From the NCBI GenBank assembly GCA_021613535.1, contig CP075497.1, forward strand, positions 13,764,001 to 13,828,000: a stretch of 64,000 nucleotides of DNA, written 5' to 3'. Below, piece by piece: positions 1 through 12,414 of this stretch. This DNA comes from Adineta vaga. Its lineage: Eukaryota > Animalia > Rotifera. The notes under the pieces are model-generated. The model saw only the letters and a program-made list of their open reading frames with translations. It did not search any database and was not told the origin of the DNA. The translations under genes were made by a program, and so were the position numbers. Positions within the stretch are counted from its first letter, which is position 1. Each line of letters opens with the position of its first letter.

Positions 1-225
1 GGAGGTGATCATGAAGCAATATCAGCAGAAATGGTCAGAAAAATGATTGTACATGCTCATAAATATTGTGATATGCTTATTAACGACAATCCTCTGTTAA
101 AAGGATCTATAAATAACATAAAGAATGTAAAAGATTACGAAGAAGTCGAAGAAGTCGACGAAAAAGAAGAAGATGAAGATGAGGATGATGATATCAATAT
201 AGAAGCCGATGATATTATTGAATAA
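1..225 (+). CDS. 3' end of an unidentified coding region with an acidic C-terminal tail (begins upstream of the window)
   Basis: Open frame from the window edge to TAA at 223-225, ending in an E/D-rich tail; no diagnostic motif. Confidence 0.35.
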   Translation, partial: GGDHEAISAEMVRKMIVHAHKYCDMLINDNPLLKGSINNIKNVKDYEEVEEVDEKEEDEDEDDDINIEADDIIE

Positions 226-332
226 CTTTCATTAAAAAGTATTATCGTGCACAGCACTTCTGGACTTGATGGTTAGAATGCTTGATCGACATTAAAAATG
301 TTATTTTTCTGTATAAATCAGTTGTCATTTAA

Positions 333-1002
333 GGTGCGCGCAATTCAAAAGTCGAGCACTATCTCAGTTTTTGATCGAAACCTACATGTTCAGATACTCC
401 TCGGTGTGCTGAGTCCGAATATCACCTTTTTTTCTCGAGTTCGATTAAATTTTTTGGGAAAATTTTTCAAAATACTAGAGGTATAAAAAAATCAAAAAAA
501 AATCATCATTCGAAAAAAATTTGAAATTTTGCCCTTTTCGTTTACTGCAATTTTTTGAATTCGATATATTCGGATTCCCCATGAAAAACTGAGTATAATC
601 ATATGACTTTGAGCCACAAAAAATAAAATTTCCGTTCTAAAAAATTTCGACAAGAGTAAGTACTCAACACAATGAGTCATCACTCTTGTAAACCTATCTT
701 CTCCCTCATTTTGAAACTTTTCTCCGATCGTAATACGCCATTCGAACCATAATTTAAAGAGGAACAAAAGTACGCATCGCGTTTTCAAAAAAGTATTGAT
801 TCTTCATTGAGAAAAATTTATGTTAATGGAAAGAAAGATAAACAAAAAAAACTTTTTTTTTTCAAAATTGCATATTTTTATTTTTTTGGTTTGCGCATGA
901 GTATATAGTTTAGAAACAATGTAGAAAACGATTTGATACTCATTGATGATACAGAAAGTATCATATAGATCTTCAAAAACTCAAAATGAAAAAACAAATA
1001 AT
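333..1002. repeat. Left TIR (~670 bp)
   Basis: Inverted copy of 3283-3951. Confidence 0.92.
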
Positions 1003-1063
1003 AATCACAATTTTCTTTTTATGGAAAAGTTGTTAATGGGAAATAGAAGAAAATCCAGGGCAG

Positions 1064-2898
1064 TTATGAATTCATATTAGTGTTCGTGATTCTTCTATGC
1101 GAAACAACATCACCCACGCAGAAATTACTGAAGAACAGCTTGAGAACCTCGCTATATGATTGGCCTTGGTTGTAGGCTTGCAGTGTTCGCCAGAAGCGCC
1201 GAAACAATTTGAGCTGAAGGTCCTTCTCTTGGAAGTCCACACGAGACTTCGGGATGAGGGTAAGCATAGTAGAAAATGTCTGATCATTTCGCTGGCGAAC
1301 GTAGCGTTTCATTGCGCACCAAAGTCCCTCAATAGGATTAAGTTCGCAGTGATATTTCGGCCCAAAAATGACCTTGACGTGATATTTCGAAGCCAATTTT
1401 TCTAGTCGACTCACATTCTGGAACGCCAAATGTGCCGTCAACAAGTTTCGCAGGTCGCCGAGCTTGATTCTATCCGGCACCGCTAGCTTCAACTCTTTGG
1501 CCAACACTAGTAGACCTTTCGATTTTCCCTTGTTTTGACCATCAGTGAAGAAGCAGGAAATCGATTGCATTTGGCCACGTTCGTCGAGAAATTCGAGCTC
1601 ATCCACTGTGCACTTAGTACCGATATTCTTGCCGAAGTCGTTCACACTGTAGTCTTTGGCCGAATGAGTTCTCGCATTGTCGACGACTACCTCAACATCA
1701 TGTCCGGCAAATTCGCTCTTGAACGGTAATAGCTGGAAAAGCCGTTCGAATTGTTTGAGCACTGTTTCATTATCGAAATAGTTGTCCTGACCTACGTTAA
1801 TACCAGCTGTAGCAGAATATCCGACATATCTATCATAGTCATCAACCAGGAGGTTCGGATACTTTCTCGCTGCCTCTTGAAACTCTGAATAGATGAGAGC
1901 GAAGAATGGCCCGGACGGATGTGACACCAGGAAATCGGACACCATGTGGCTTCGGCCTCGTCCTTTACTGAAGAAAGGCGTCTTCTCATTAATTGTCCAA
2001 CGCTTGTTCGAGATATCACCGCTTCTGAACGTTGATTCATCGTGACCTAACCAGAGGAGAGAAGAGAAAAAACGTATTAAGAGTCTCAAAACAATCGAAG
2101 CATAGCTAACTTACATATCAACACACATGGTTTGGGTGCCATTGGCATGCACCACATAGGCTGCTCTTCATCGCTCACAGTGTAGTAGTGAGCTTGACGT
2201 GTGAGAAAGTAAGAAATAAATTTATTCCTTTCGACCACGACATCATTACGCTTGTGGCCCTCGAAATAGGGGCGTTGCTTATTGTCAGTGAAACACACGC
2301 CCCAACGGCGCAAGTCGAGACGACAACTGGTTTCTGATCGAACAAGTTCATCTTTCAAATTCTTTACTGTCTGTGATAGTTCGTAGAACTTTTTATCGAC
2401 ATGTTTGGCCAGATCGGCCACAGAGAAGTCGGCGGTTTTGCGCGAACAACCTTCCACCGCATATAATCGCGCTTCGGCTTCCAATTCTGGATAGATATCG
2501 TAAAATGAATCGAAACGTTTCCCGCCGCGACCCTCTTCAACAAACGTGTCAAAATCTCCCGAAGTCAATGTGTTCGTCCACTTATGAGCGGTTTCACATT
2601 GATGCGCACCAATCACAGCCAGAAATTCGTTGATTCTTCGCCAGGGTAGACCGAAATGCCGTAAAGCCATGTATAAGAGCACCGATATCTTGCGCGGTCC
2701 ACTCTCATTTCGGATCAACTCAAAGAGATCGGCCATTGTTGACACATCATATTTTTCATCCGCCTCCATGTCGGGTACCCCCTCCTCATCAGATGACGAT
2801 GTTTCGGTCTGCGAAGCTGCTTCCTCGTCCCATCTGACTGTCGCAGCGGTTTGTGATTGTCTCCGACGAATAGTTGTTTTCGGCTTTTGAAAGTACAA
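1064..2898 (-). CDS. DDE transposase of the ITm type, two exons (intron 2047-2114)
   Basis: Removing the 68-bp GTAAGT...TTAG intron joins VLIC-HDESTF. Catalytic motifs HDESTF, VVDNARTH and PKYHCELNPIE are present. The start codon is uncertain because the ORF-track start is TTG. Confidence 0.88.
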
Positions 2899-3282
2899 GG
2901 CACGTTGAAACGATAAGCTTCGATGAAAATGAGCAACTGAATTTATTTTTTCTCTTTTTTTCGGTCCGATACGAAACTATACCGAACCTCTATTTCGCTC
3001 CATGCGTGATTATACGTGATAGCTGCTTATTATGTAGGAATATCATTACATTCATTCAATATATATATCTATTTCTCTTCTTTGTTCTAAGATTAAACAT
3101 TTTTACACACGTCTTCTTTTTCTTCTCCTTCTCTGTGCTGATAAAAAGAACGTGTGAAGTTATTTAGAATAGAATAAGAAAAAGAAATGCATAATGTAAC
3201 ATACTCATGTCTCCTTTTCACATCAAGTACGAGATAAACAATGGCAGTGCTGTAAATATTCGTACAAAAAATAGTGAAAGTC

Positions 3283-3951
3283 ATTATTTGTTTTTTCATT
3301 TTGAGTTTTTGAAGATCTATATGATACTTTCTGTATCATCAATGAGTATCAAATCGTTTTCTACATTGTTTCTAAACTATATACTCATGCGCAAACCAAA
3401 AAAATAAAAATATGCAATTTTGAAAAAAAAAGTTTTTTTTGTTTATCTTTCTTTCCATTAACATAAATTTTTCTCAATGAAGAATCAATACTTTTTTGAA
3501 AACGCGATGCGTACTTTTGTTCCTCTTTAAATTATGGTTCGAATGGCGTATTACGATCGGAGAAAAGTTTCAAAATGAGGGAGAAGATAGGTTTACAAGA
3601 GTGATGACTCATTGTGTTGAGTACTTACTCTTGTCGAAATTTTTTAGAACGGAAATTTTATTTTTTTGTGGCTCAAAGTCATATGATTATACTCAGTTTT
3701 TCATGGGGAATCCGAATATATCGAATTCAAAAAAATGCAGTAAACGAAAAGGGCAAAATTTCAAATTTTTTTCGAATGATGATTTTTTTTGATTTTTTTA
3801 TACCTCTAGTATTTTGAAAAATTTTCCCAAAAAATTTAATCGAACTCGAGAAAAAAAGGTGATATTCGGACTCAGCACACCGAGGAGTATCTGAACATGT
3901 AGGTTTCGATCAAAAACTGAGATAGTGCTCGACTTTTGAATTGCGGGCACC
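3283..3951. repeat. Right TIR (~669 bp)
   Basis: Inverted copy of 333-1002. Confidence 0.92.
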
Positions 3952-4697
3952 TTAATTTATTAGATTTATTTAATATTGAAGAACAACAACCATGACATTA
4001 CAACAATAAATGAGTAATAAATAATAACGAAAGCAACGCAAAAAAATGATTAAGTTAGGCATAACAACGATAGATGTGCTGGTAAGCAGTAGAATAAGTA
4101 CGAAAAAGTGCACATATATGAGAACGACATAGAAAAAATTCTTGGAAAGTTGAATTTATCAACTCTATTTATATAAAGCAGGTGTTGTTCAGGGAATTTT
4201 TTGTTCGTAAACGTGAATTGTAAACGAATACTAGAAATAAACAAGTTCAAAGTGAAACAAATCCTATGTATTTGTACTAAATGTCTTTTCTACTTTGACT
4301 CTGTGATGTATCGTTCTCTCTATGTGCCGTCTCTGCTATATCTTCATCTCTCGTCACTAATCATAAATACTATTTAATGAAATAGTTTTCAGAAGTTATA
4401 CTGACTCACGCTCGGCTTTTACATAAATCACTCGTGCAGATATATATATATATGTTGTTTTCTCAACTTCGATTTAAATACTCAAGCTTTTGATTTAACT
4501 GTTACTTTTAAAATCAACTGTTCCACTCGAATTTGCTGCTCATTCGTACTGTATCTTTTAAGGTATGATAAAAAGACCTTGTTATTCCTCGATATCAACT
4601 CAGTTATCTATGCAAATCTAAAAAAACCAATCTACGTACAAGTCAGATACTTTTTTCTTGAAAACAGATTATTTCCAATTAAATAACGAGCACTTGG

Positions 4698-5987
4698 CTA
4701 CGATAACGTCTGGGCAACTGGCATCTGTGGAGTGATTTTTCGCTTCCGCCCCGCAATATATTGTACGATATAGTTAAAAACCTTGATTAGTCGAGGCACA
4801 CTGAGCTTCAGCATTGTTACTAGACCACCCACCAATCCCACAATCGTTGTTATGATGTACACTGCACTGTTCTTCGTCTCATGTGTGTAGGTACATTGAG
4901 ATGGCTGACACATTGCATAATATTTCTCAAATGTACCATTCTTCATCCATTGTTCTACCATGAACTGATTAACTAGTTCTTGAATAGTAAAGTCTGGACG
5001 ATATCGATTTGATAATGAGGAATCAAGTGCTTTCGCATTCATCGAATATAATACACTAATATTTGACTGTAACACATCCAGACATGTCTGATTATAGAAA
5101 CATTCGAGCGTTGACCGAAGTAATGATTCTATTATATAACATCCTACATAGAGACCTGGAAGAAAAAAGACTTTTTGCGTGCCAGTGTCGTCGAAGATTG
5201 CCATTTGTGTTAGACATATGACGCTTGTAGCACAGCTACAATTAGAATACGTGATTGGTTGTGCATATACTGTTGTGTTATCTGGATATGAATAATATAT
5301 ATAGTTTGTTTGAAATGCAGACTGTAAAGCGTTGTCTTGAGTTGTATGCTGCACCATTTGTAGTGATGAAGAAAAGGTCGTCACTGTCGAAGATATAAAT
5401 TGATCGATCAAAAATTGCACTTGTGATTCAAACAAAGGTAACGATGTCACAACTGCAGTCACATATTGGTTTGCATAGAAACGGACAAGACTCTCGACGA
5501 TTGTTTCGTTTACTAGTTGACAAAAACTGCGGAGGGTCTGGAATATCAACAGACTAGAAGAACGAAAGTCACCGGAGACGATATAACGTGTACTCGCTGC
5601 ATACATGAAATAATTGATCCACTCTTCTGAGATGAAAGTGCTGTTGCGTATTTGATGCAAGGTGTAGCTCATATCCATGAATTGGTCATAGTTGATAGAA
5701 ATGGATGCACATGTACATGTGAGAGTTCGTGGAAATGTTGCATACAAGTCAAAATATTGTGAGAGAGAAGGTATGCGAACTACGACAGTCTCGGTAACAG
5801 TAATGACTGATGTATAAACGATAAGAATAGACAATGAAAGGACTAATAAAATGATGAAGAGTCTTGTTGATATGTGTTGATTATGTAGTTCATGGTCATC
5901 GGTTGAAGGTGGTACAGATGGGAAGATATTAAAATTCCGTACGAATTTCTTCATTCTTCGAAATATGTTAGAGGCCATGGATCCCAA
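4698..5987 (-). CDS. Cys-rich membrane protein of unknown function (TM - Cys-rich ectodomain - TM), possibly a 5'-truncated member of a bdelloid-expanded family
   Basis: 429-codon ORF with hydrophobic segments near both ends (RLFIILLVLSLSILIVY; IITTIVGLVGGL) and CxC, CSC and GC...STLECFY...C patterns. Confidence 0.7.
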   Translation of the reverse strand: MGSMASNIFRRMKKFVRNFNIFPSVPPSTDDHELHNQHISTRLFIILLVLSLSILIVYTSVITVTETVVVRIPSLSQYFDLYATFPRTLTCTCASISINYDQFMDMSYTLHQIRNSTFISEEWINYFMYAASTRYIVSGDFRSSSLLIFQTLRSFCQLVNETIVESLVRFYANQYVTAVVTSLPLFESQVQFLIDQFISSTVTTFSSSLQMVQHTTQDNALQSAFQTNYIYYSYPDNTTVYAQPITYSNCSCATSVICLTQMAIFDDTGTQKVFFLPGLYVGCYIIESLLRSTLECFYNQTCLDVLQSNISVLYSMNAKALDSSLSNRYRPDFTIQELVNQFMVEQWMKNGTFEKYYAMCQPSQCTYTHETKNSAVYIITTIVGLVGGLVTMLKLSVPRLIKVFNYIVQYIAGRKRKITPQMPVAQTLS

Positions 5988-6978
5988 ATCTGTGGCTGGG
6001 CTACAGTCAGATAGCTGATTACCTTCGACACTACGCTAGTGAGGCCCACTGAACTACAATCTTAAAGATGAAACTGGTACGCGATGAATGAAATTTTAAT
6101 AGCTAGAAGAATAAATTGAAACAGATAAACACGCAGAGGTATGTGTCGTACTTGTCTTAAAGGAAATGAGATTGAGATGATTGAAAAAATAAGATATGAA
6201 GAAACAGCAATGACTTCACGTTACGAGATTCAATTTTTAAGGTGGCAAACTGTGTTGAGTGCCTCTTTCTATAGCTCATGAAGATTTGCGAGATGTGGCA
6301 AAATTCGATACCATTTTTCATGAATTGTAGTTATTTCACGGTTACAACTTTCTAGTTCGTGTCTCAAGGAAGATTAACGAATAAGAATTTGTAATAGACT
6401 TATTCCATGGAAAATCTTACGTCGCCTTATCGTCAGTGCCGTTTCTATAACAAAAAAAAGAAAGAAAAAGTAACAAGAAACTCACTAACTACTTTTTATT
6501 CATTTTGCTATGTAATTATCTCGTAAAAAAATACAGAAAATATTTTTCTCTAACTATGAACACTGAAAACTTAATTAAATAAATAAATATACTATGTTTA
6601 AACTTCTTGTCACTTACCGTAAGTGATTGAATTCATATGAGAAAGCGAAAGATTTTTCTGAAAACTTCATGATTTTGATATGGTAGAAACTTTTAATTAT
6701 ACTATAGTGAATACAGTTGGATTTCTTTTTCTAACGTGAGGTATTGTTTGACTTTTTTCTATTAAGAAAGACTGTGCATTTCGATCTGTTTTTGAATAAA
6801 AATATTAAATGTCTTGATATATTTGGAAAAAAATTCAAGATTAAGTAATCGTTTATGTTTTAATTTCATATTTTTTCTTATTTTCATTAATTTTCAGTTT
6901 TAACGATATCAATGTTATTTATATATTTACTTATTGGATTGAAAGTAATCAAAATATTTATAGATGTTAGTACTAGTA

Positions 6979-7430
6979 TATAGGTCAGTCAATAAGTTCT
7001 CGTAATAGACACTTAAATTTTTATCTTGATTAGTTCTTTCCGTTCTGTTGCTATATTCTGGTAGGAACATCTGCTGTATATCAAAACAGCAATAGGGCGT
7101 TTCTCAGGTCTCAATCAGAGCAAATCGCTGAAACAAATTTCAATACCTATATTCTCCGTATTGGTAAACTGTGTATCAGTACTGTATAAAAGCTCGTCTT
7201 TTACCAGGCCTAGTTACTTTAGAAATTCATGACGAATTAACAACTGCTTATGGATAAGGCACTGCTTCGTATAATATAATAATTCAGTGGATTCATAGAT
7301 TTTGAAATGGACTAGAGTCGTTGAAAGATTATCTATGAATTGATCATCCAATAACCGTCATCATTCAACAAAACACAGATCTTGTTAATAACTTGAATAT
7401 AGAGAATCCGCGTACCACTAGTGATTATAC
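6979..7430 (+). mobile_element. Degenerate mariner-like element, 5' remnant
   Basis: TIR-like TAGGTCAGTCAATAAGTTC near 6981. ~7180-7420 reads IHDELTTAYG*GTASYNIIIQWIHRF*NGLESLKD, matching the mariner N-terminal HTH region, with stops. Confidence 0.65.
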
Positions 7431-8640
7431 TATCACCGCCTCATACCTACTGAATTAAATATATTACCAATGCGAATGCTCTAAACACTTAGTTAAAAAT
7501 ACGCATAAGAAAAAATCATTGTTGTAAAACATAGTTAAAACATGCATTTTCAAAATGTAGAAAAATGGGTTCGTGACATTATTTCTGATCTTGATAATTC
7601 TGATGAAGAAAATTCAAACTTATCATTTATTCACTATACAAGTCTTACCTTGTGCCTTCCAGCTTACGCTTATTCAGCTATCTCAAATGAACTGTTGATA
7701 TGAATTTAGATAATACAAGTTTAACTTAGTTAATAACCACGGAGCTCAATTCGACACTTGCTCAAGATCACCAAAAGACATCATTTTCCAGAGGATAACT
7801 AATCGTTACTACTGGATAATATGAGTCTCATCCTAGCACTGCGAGTTCTAGTCTATTTATGTGTAATGCTGAATAGATTTGACTCATGCTTGACAAATAA
7901 TATTATGAGGCTGACTGCATAATTAGTTTTTATTTCAAGTTCTGCTGTTCAATTCAGTTTTCCTACAAGTTCCTTTACTTAAGTGTCGAAAGATGATTCA
8001 GTTCATTGAGAAGATAGACATTTGTTCGAATATATCTAAATGAAAAGATATTGTTATGAAAAATCAAATATAATACACAAACATTCACTTGATGATATGT
8101 TATTTCAATAGATATAAACTCGTAGAATATGATATAACACTATTTCTGCAAGAACATACAATTGCATTGACATAGATCTCTTGAAGCTTTTTTGTAAGTT
8201 TTAAATTCAGGTTTTTCAATAGTATATGAAACAATTGGTTACATAGTGTGCTTCTTTATTATTTGATTTTACATCAGGAGATAAGTTTAACTATCATAAG
8301 TTCTGTAATATCAAACGAATTATCTTCGTCATAATTCTTCTGAATAATATCACAAATAATGATATTAGATCGCAACTTTAAGAGAAAAATATTTATTTTT
8401 TTAATAGATATTTTCATATCTTAAAATGAAAGAAAAAAACAATGCACAACACAATATAGAATTATTTCAATTTTTCAATTTTCCATTAAAATAATTCGGT
8501 ACAAATAAAATAGTTCTAAAAACGCTACACTATAGTTTATAAGATCATCATTAGAATTTTCAAGAACTTCTAAAGATGCTTGTCTCACTAGAGCTTCGAG
8601 ATTGAGGTTCAAACTACATAAAATACGTTATAATTTGTCG

Positions 8641-9637
8641 TTAGAGTATTGGTTCTGCAACGCATATATTCGCATTCATAAGTAATATGACATTTGATTT
8701 TTTCTTGCAAAAATAACAAAAACAACGTTTGGCTTGTTGACGAAATTTTTTTGAAACAATGAGAAATATATAAAAAGCACTCTTAAAAGAAAATAAAACA
8801 ATTATTGAAAATAATGAGAAAAAAAAGTAACATTGAATTTTGTTACTTACACCATAAATGACACTAAATAAAGAATGAATAATCAATATTCTTTTGAGTT
8901 GCTGAGTTTATTACCGTTGATGATGGTGAGAATCCAAGAAAATACGCACTGGGTAAAGTAGGAACAATAGTTACGATAATTTGTGCAAAAATCATAAGAG
9001 TCAGTTGACGATCGAATCCTCGACCTTGATGATTAGCTTCTAAATTATGTACATTTCGATAAGAAAGAATACAAATAATCATTGGTAATATTCTGAAAAG
9101 AAGTCAATTATTTACATAAAGAGAATACCTACTCAAAAAATCATTGTAAATCGAACAGTTGTTTGATCTAAAAAAGGTATTTTGAAAATTGAAAATGATT
9201 ACAATGTTAACTAACCATAAAGTTACTACACCAATATCAATATAATGACTCCGTGTAATATTACTCAATCGTCGTAATTTAACAGATCTTGATGTTATTA
9301 AAAACTGATGAATTGCTGTAAAACATTCACATGTTATTGAAATACCAAAACCAATATTAATTATATAATATCTCGTTTTACACCAGAAAAGTGAAGTTGT
9401 TGTTACATCTATTAGAAAACCAACACCAAGAACACGCGCCGTTCCTATACTAACAGTATGTATAAGTCGAAAAATTGATGAGATAAGTAAAACGAATGTG
9501 CAGGGTTGAGATCGATATATAGATGTACTTAAAAATATAATTGCATTCATCATCGAACCAAATGCACTACAGTACAATAATGTTGAACCTATATACTGCA
9601 TAAATATTTGCGTTAAATAAGACCAAGATATCATCAT
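8641..9637 (-). pseudogene. Rhodopsin-like 7TM GPCR pseudogene
   Basis: TM-like segments and FWCKTRYY / SKKFRQQ motifs spread over three ORF pieces. In-frame TGA at 9104-9106, a frameshift near 8885, and a probable short intron near 8785-8850. Confidence 0.75.
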
Positions 9638-10617
9638 ATGTCTAGATTTCTAAGTATCAGAAGAAAATATTTGAAATTATTAACTAATTTAGTAAGTGTT
9701 CACTTCTTTATATTATTTTCATCGAAGCTTTTCTGTCATAAGAAAAAAAGTATCTAAAAATGAGTTGATGTTTTCAAAGAAATTATTCCTATCGAGAAAC
9801 ATCACTTTTAAGAATATTTAGATATATAAATAGACTCATTTGGTGATATTCTAAAGTGATAATAATAGATTAACATTAACATAATGACAGACAAGATAAA
9901 GATAAAATTATTCATCTACCATTAAAAACATCTACGAGAAAAGAAAGATTTTATAAAAATTGACTAATGCAATTCAATTATATGTTCTATCTAAAATAAA
10001 CAAAATCGAGAAAAATTCTCTTTAAAATGCTTTTTCTTATCTTTGACGTGTTCAAAAAGAACAATTTTTTCACATTCATCACTATTTTTGTGTCTAACAG
10101 ATATAATATGAAAGCGACGCTCTAATTAAGTATTATACGAATAGATTTTTCTTTTTATTAAAGATTTTCATCAACAACAGTGTCGTGATTCACATAGAAT
10201 ATTGATATTATATCGTGAATAAGGTTTTTCAAATGTTGATTTTGAACAATTACAACAAAACAAAGAGTGATGATGTGGATGAGACTCATGTATTAATATG
10301 TTATCCACACCGACATTCACCGTGTTAAATGTTCCTTTACTTTTATATGAGTATCGATATATGGTAATTATATTATTATTTGTTCAATTCATATCATTGA
10401 ATTCATACGAAACTATAAAATATTGTATAGAAACTAGAAAAACAATTGATCAATCTCTTTTCTTACAATATTAATATCATCTGTATTTTTATTAAATTAC
10501 TTATAGTTTAATAGCAATATTTATATGATTATATTATTTGATAAAAAAATTCAATTTTATCTTTCAAACTAAAAGAAAAATGTTCTTTTCTTAATATTGA
10601 TCAAAATAAAATTTAAT

Positions 10618-10733
10618 TCTTTTCAGATAACCATCACTATTTTCTCCACCAATAACTAATATTTTTCCATCTGATCAGACGGAAGTTATAGATCTAACTC
10701 GTGCGAGACTCATATTTCCAGCCACTGTCCATT
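10618..10733 (-). pseudogene. Isolated degenerate Kelch-repeat exon
   Basis: Reads WTVAGNMSLAR... then, after a frameshift, DGKILVIGGENSDG. Preceded by a TTTAG acceptor; contains a stop. Confidence 0.45.
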
Positions 10734-11486
10734 CTAAATACATAAAAAAAGAATTCTAGCAAAAGAAAAAATATTACGTTTTCACTCTAAAGATTTCATT
10801 TCTAAAGTACAATACTAAATTAGAATATTACAGAAATATTCCTTCTTATTTAAACAAATATGTATGAAATGTTTAATTATATGAGCTGGTAGTTGTCGAT
10901 TATTAGCAATAAAAGTCATAATAATTGTTTGTGATATTAAACTACCATATTCCCATTAATTATTAGATTAATTAAATGTTATTGTATGACAATTATTATT
11001 TGTTAAACAAACTATTTGACAAATTAATAAATTTTTTTATCTAAAGATAATTGTCGAAGATGAACAACAGAAATTGATATATTGATATCGAATATTATCT
11101 CTTCAATATATTAATAATCTAATGAGATTTTGTAAATCTATTTTTATGATGATGATAATTATTATACATAAAAGCGACATAATTATGTGTTTCATGTTTA
11201 ATGAATATTTAAATATAAACAAATAACTTTCTTTTTATAAATGAGAAAGAGAAAAAAAGAGAGACAAGTATATTTTTGATATTCAAAACGTATTTGTTCG
11301 ATATAGTATATAGTATACTGAGTGTTTAAGAAAATGTAATTTTTACTAATGTTGTATTCTACTTTGTATTTCAAATGACCTTTTTCCTAATAGAATTGTA
11401 AAAAATGAACAAAACTTGAAAGAGAAACCATGTCAGCTAAGTTTCGAAGGAGATTTAGACTTGGGTTCACATACGTAGATTGTACC

Positions 11487-12076
11487 TTATAGAGTTTTTT
11501 CTCTGAAAGTAAGTTTTGTTATATTTATTATCCAGCACTGAGTATCTGAATAAAATAAACTAATTACAATCCAAATTATACCAGAAAACTCTCTGGTAAA
11601 TGCTTTAACAAAAACCAATCTTATATAGGAATTTGTGTGTTTTGAAATACCAAAGAAGCCAATTGTATCTAAAGGGTTAACATTAGCAACGTTTTCTTGA
11701 ATATCTTTTTTCCATGCTTCTAAAAAGTTCTCTTTTCGTTCTCCTTTTGGAATTCTAACAGCTACTTGTGCACCTCCATTATCTCTTGTCCAACGTCCAT
11801 CTTTTTCTTTAATAGGATTCAATTGAAATATTCGAAAATAAAATTTAAATGATATTGCTGTATGAAATCGACATTGATTTATCATACTCAAACTATAACT
11901 TGATTTGCCCAATCATATTTGAAATTCGAATTAAAAATAACTTCATTCTGATCTAATACATAATTGACACGACCATCTTTGATAAGTTGTCTTGATAAGA
12001 CATTAGATGAAATAAATAACGCTCGCAGAGGCTGACTCGCTTTACCCTCGACTGAATTAATAACTTGATACGCCAT
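11487..12076 (-). CDS. Unidentified, probably spliced or degraded coding fragments
   Basis: Two overlapping ORFs with protein-like composition (MAYQVINSVEG...; ...ENFLEAWKKDIQENVANVNP); no recognised motif. Confidence 0.3.
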
Positions 12077-12414
12077 GATATTCACGAATCTTTTCCATAC
12101 GAAAAGAGAAAAAATACAGAAACATAATCCTACGGAATTGTTTTTCAAGGATAGTTCTCATGCATCACATCGATTCAACAACAATTAGATCATTGCTGTC
12201 AATCTTCTTATTTACCAAGTGTTTCTAAATGAATATCACTATCTCAATGGAATAGTAATCTACTAGAGTGCTTATCATGACTTTTCTACATTCAGTCATG
12301 TCTCCTCTTTTTTTCAACAGAACAATGGATGCTATTACATAATATATGATTGCTAATAAACCGCACATACTAATTCGCTCAGTTTTTCTCATCCATCCAT
12401 CAGTTACCACCTCC

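Larger units (their letters stand above)
333..3951 (-). mobile_element. IS630/Tc1/mariner-superfamily DNA transposon with ~670-bp terminal inverted repeats
   Basis: 333-1002 is the near-perfect reverse complement of 3283-3951 (GGTGCGCGCAATTCAAAAGTCG... / ...CGACTTTTGAATTGCGGGCACC). TTAA flanks both ends (329-332, 3952-3955). A DDE transposase lies inside. Confidence 0.93.

Noticed and set aside
492-788. 98-aa ORF duplicated at 3496-3792
   Set aside because: Both lie inside the TIRs, start at TTG and diverge by a frameshift; a by-product of the inverted repeat.
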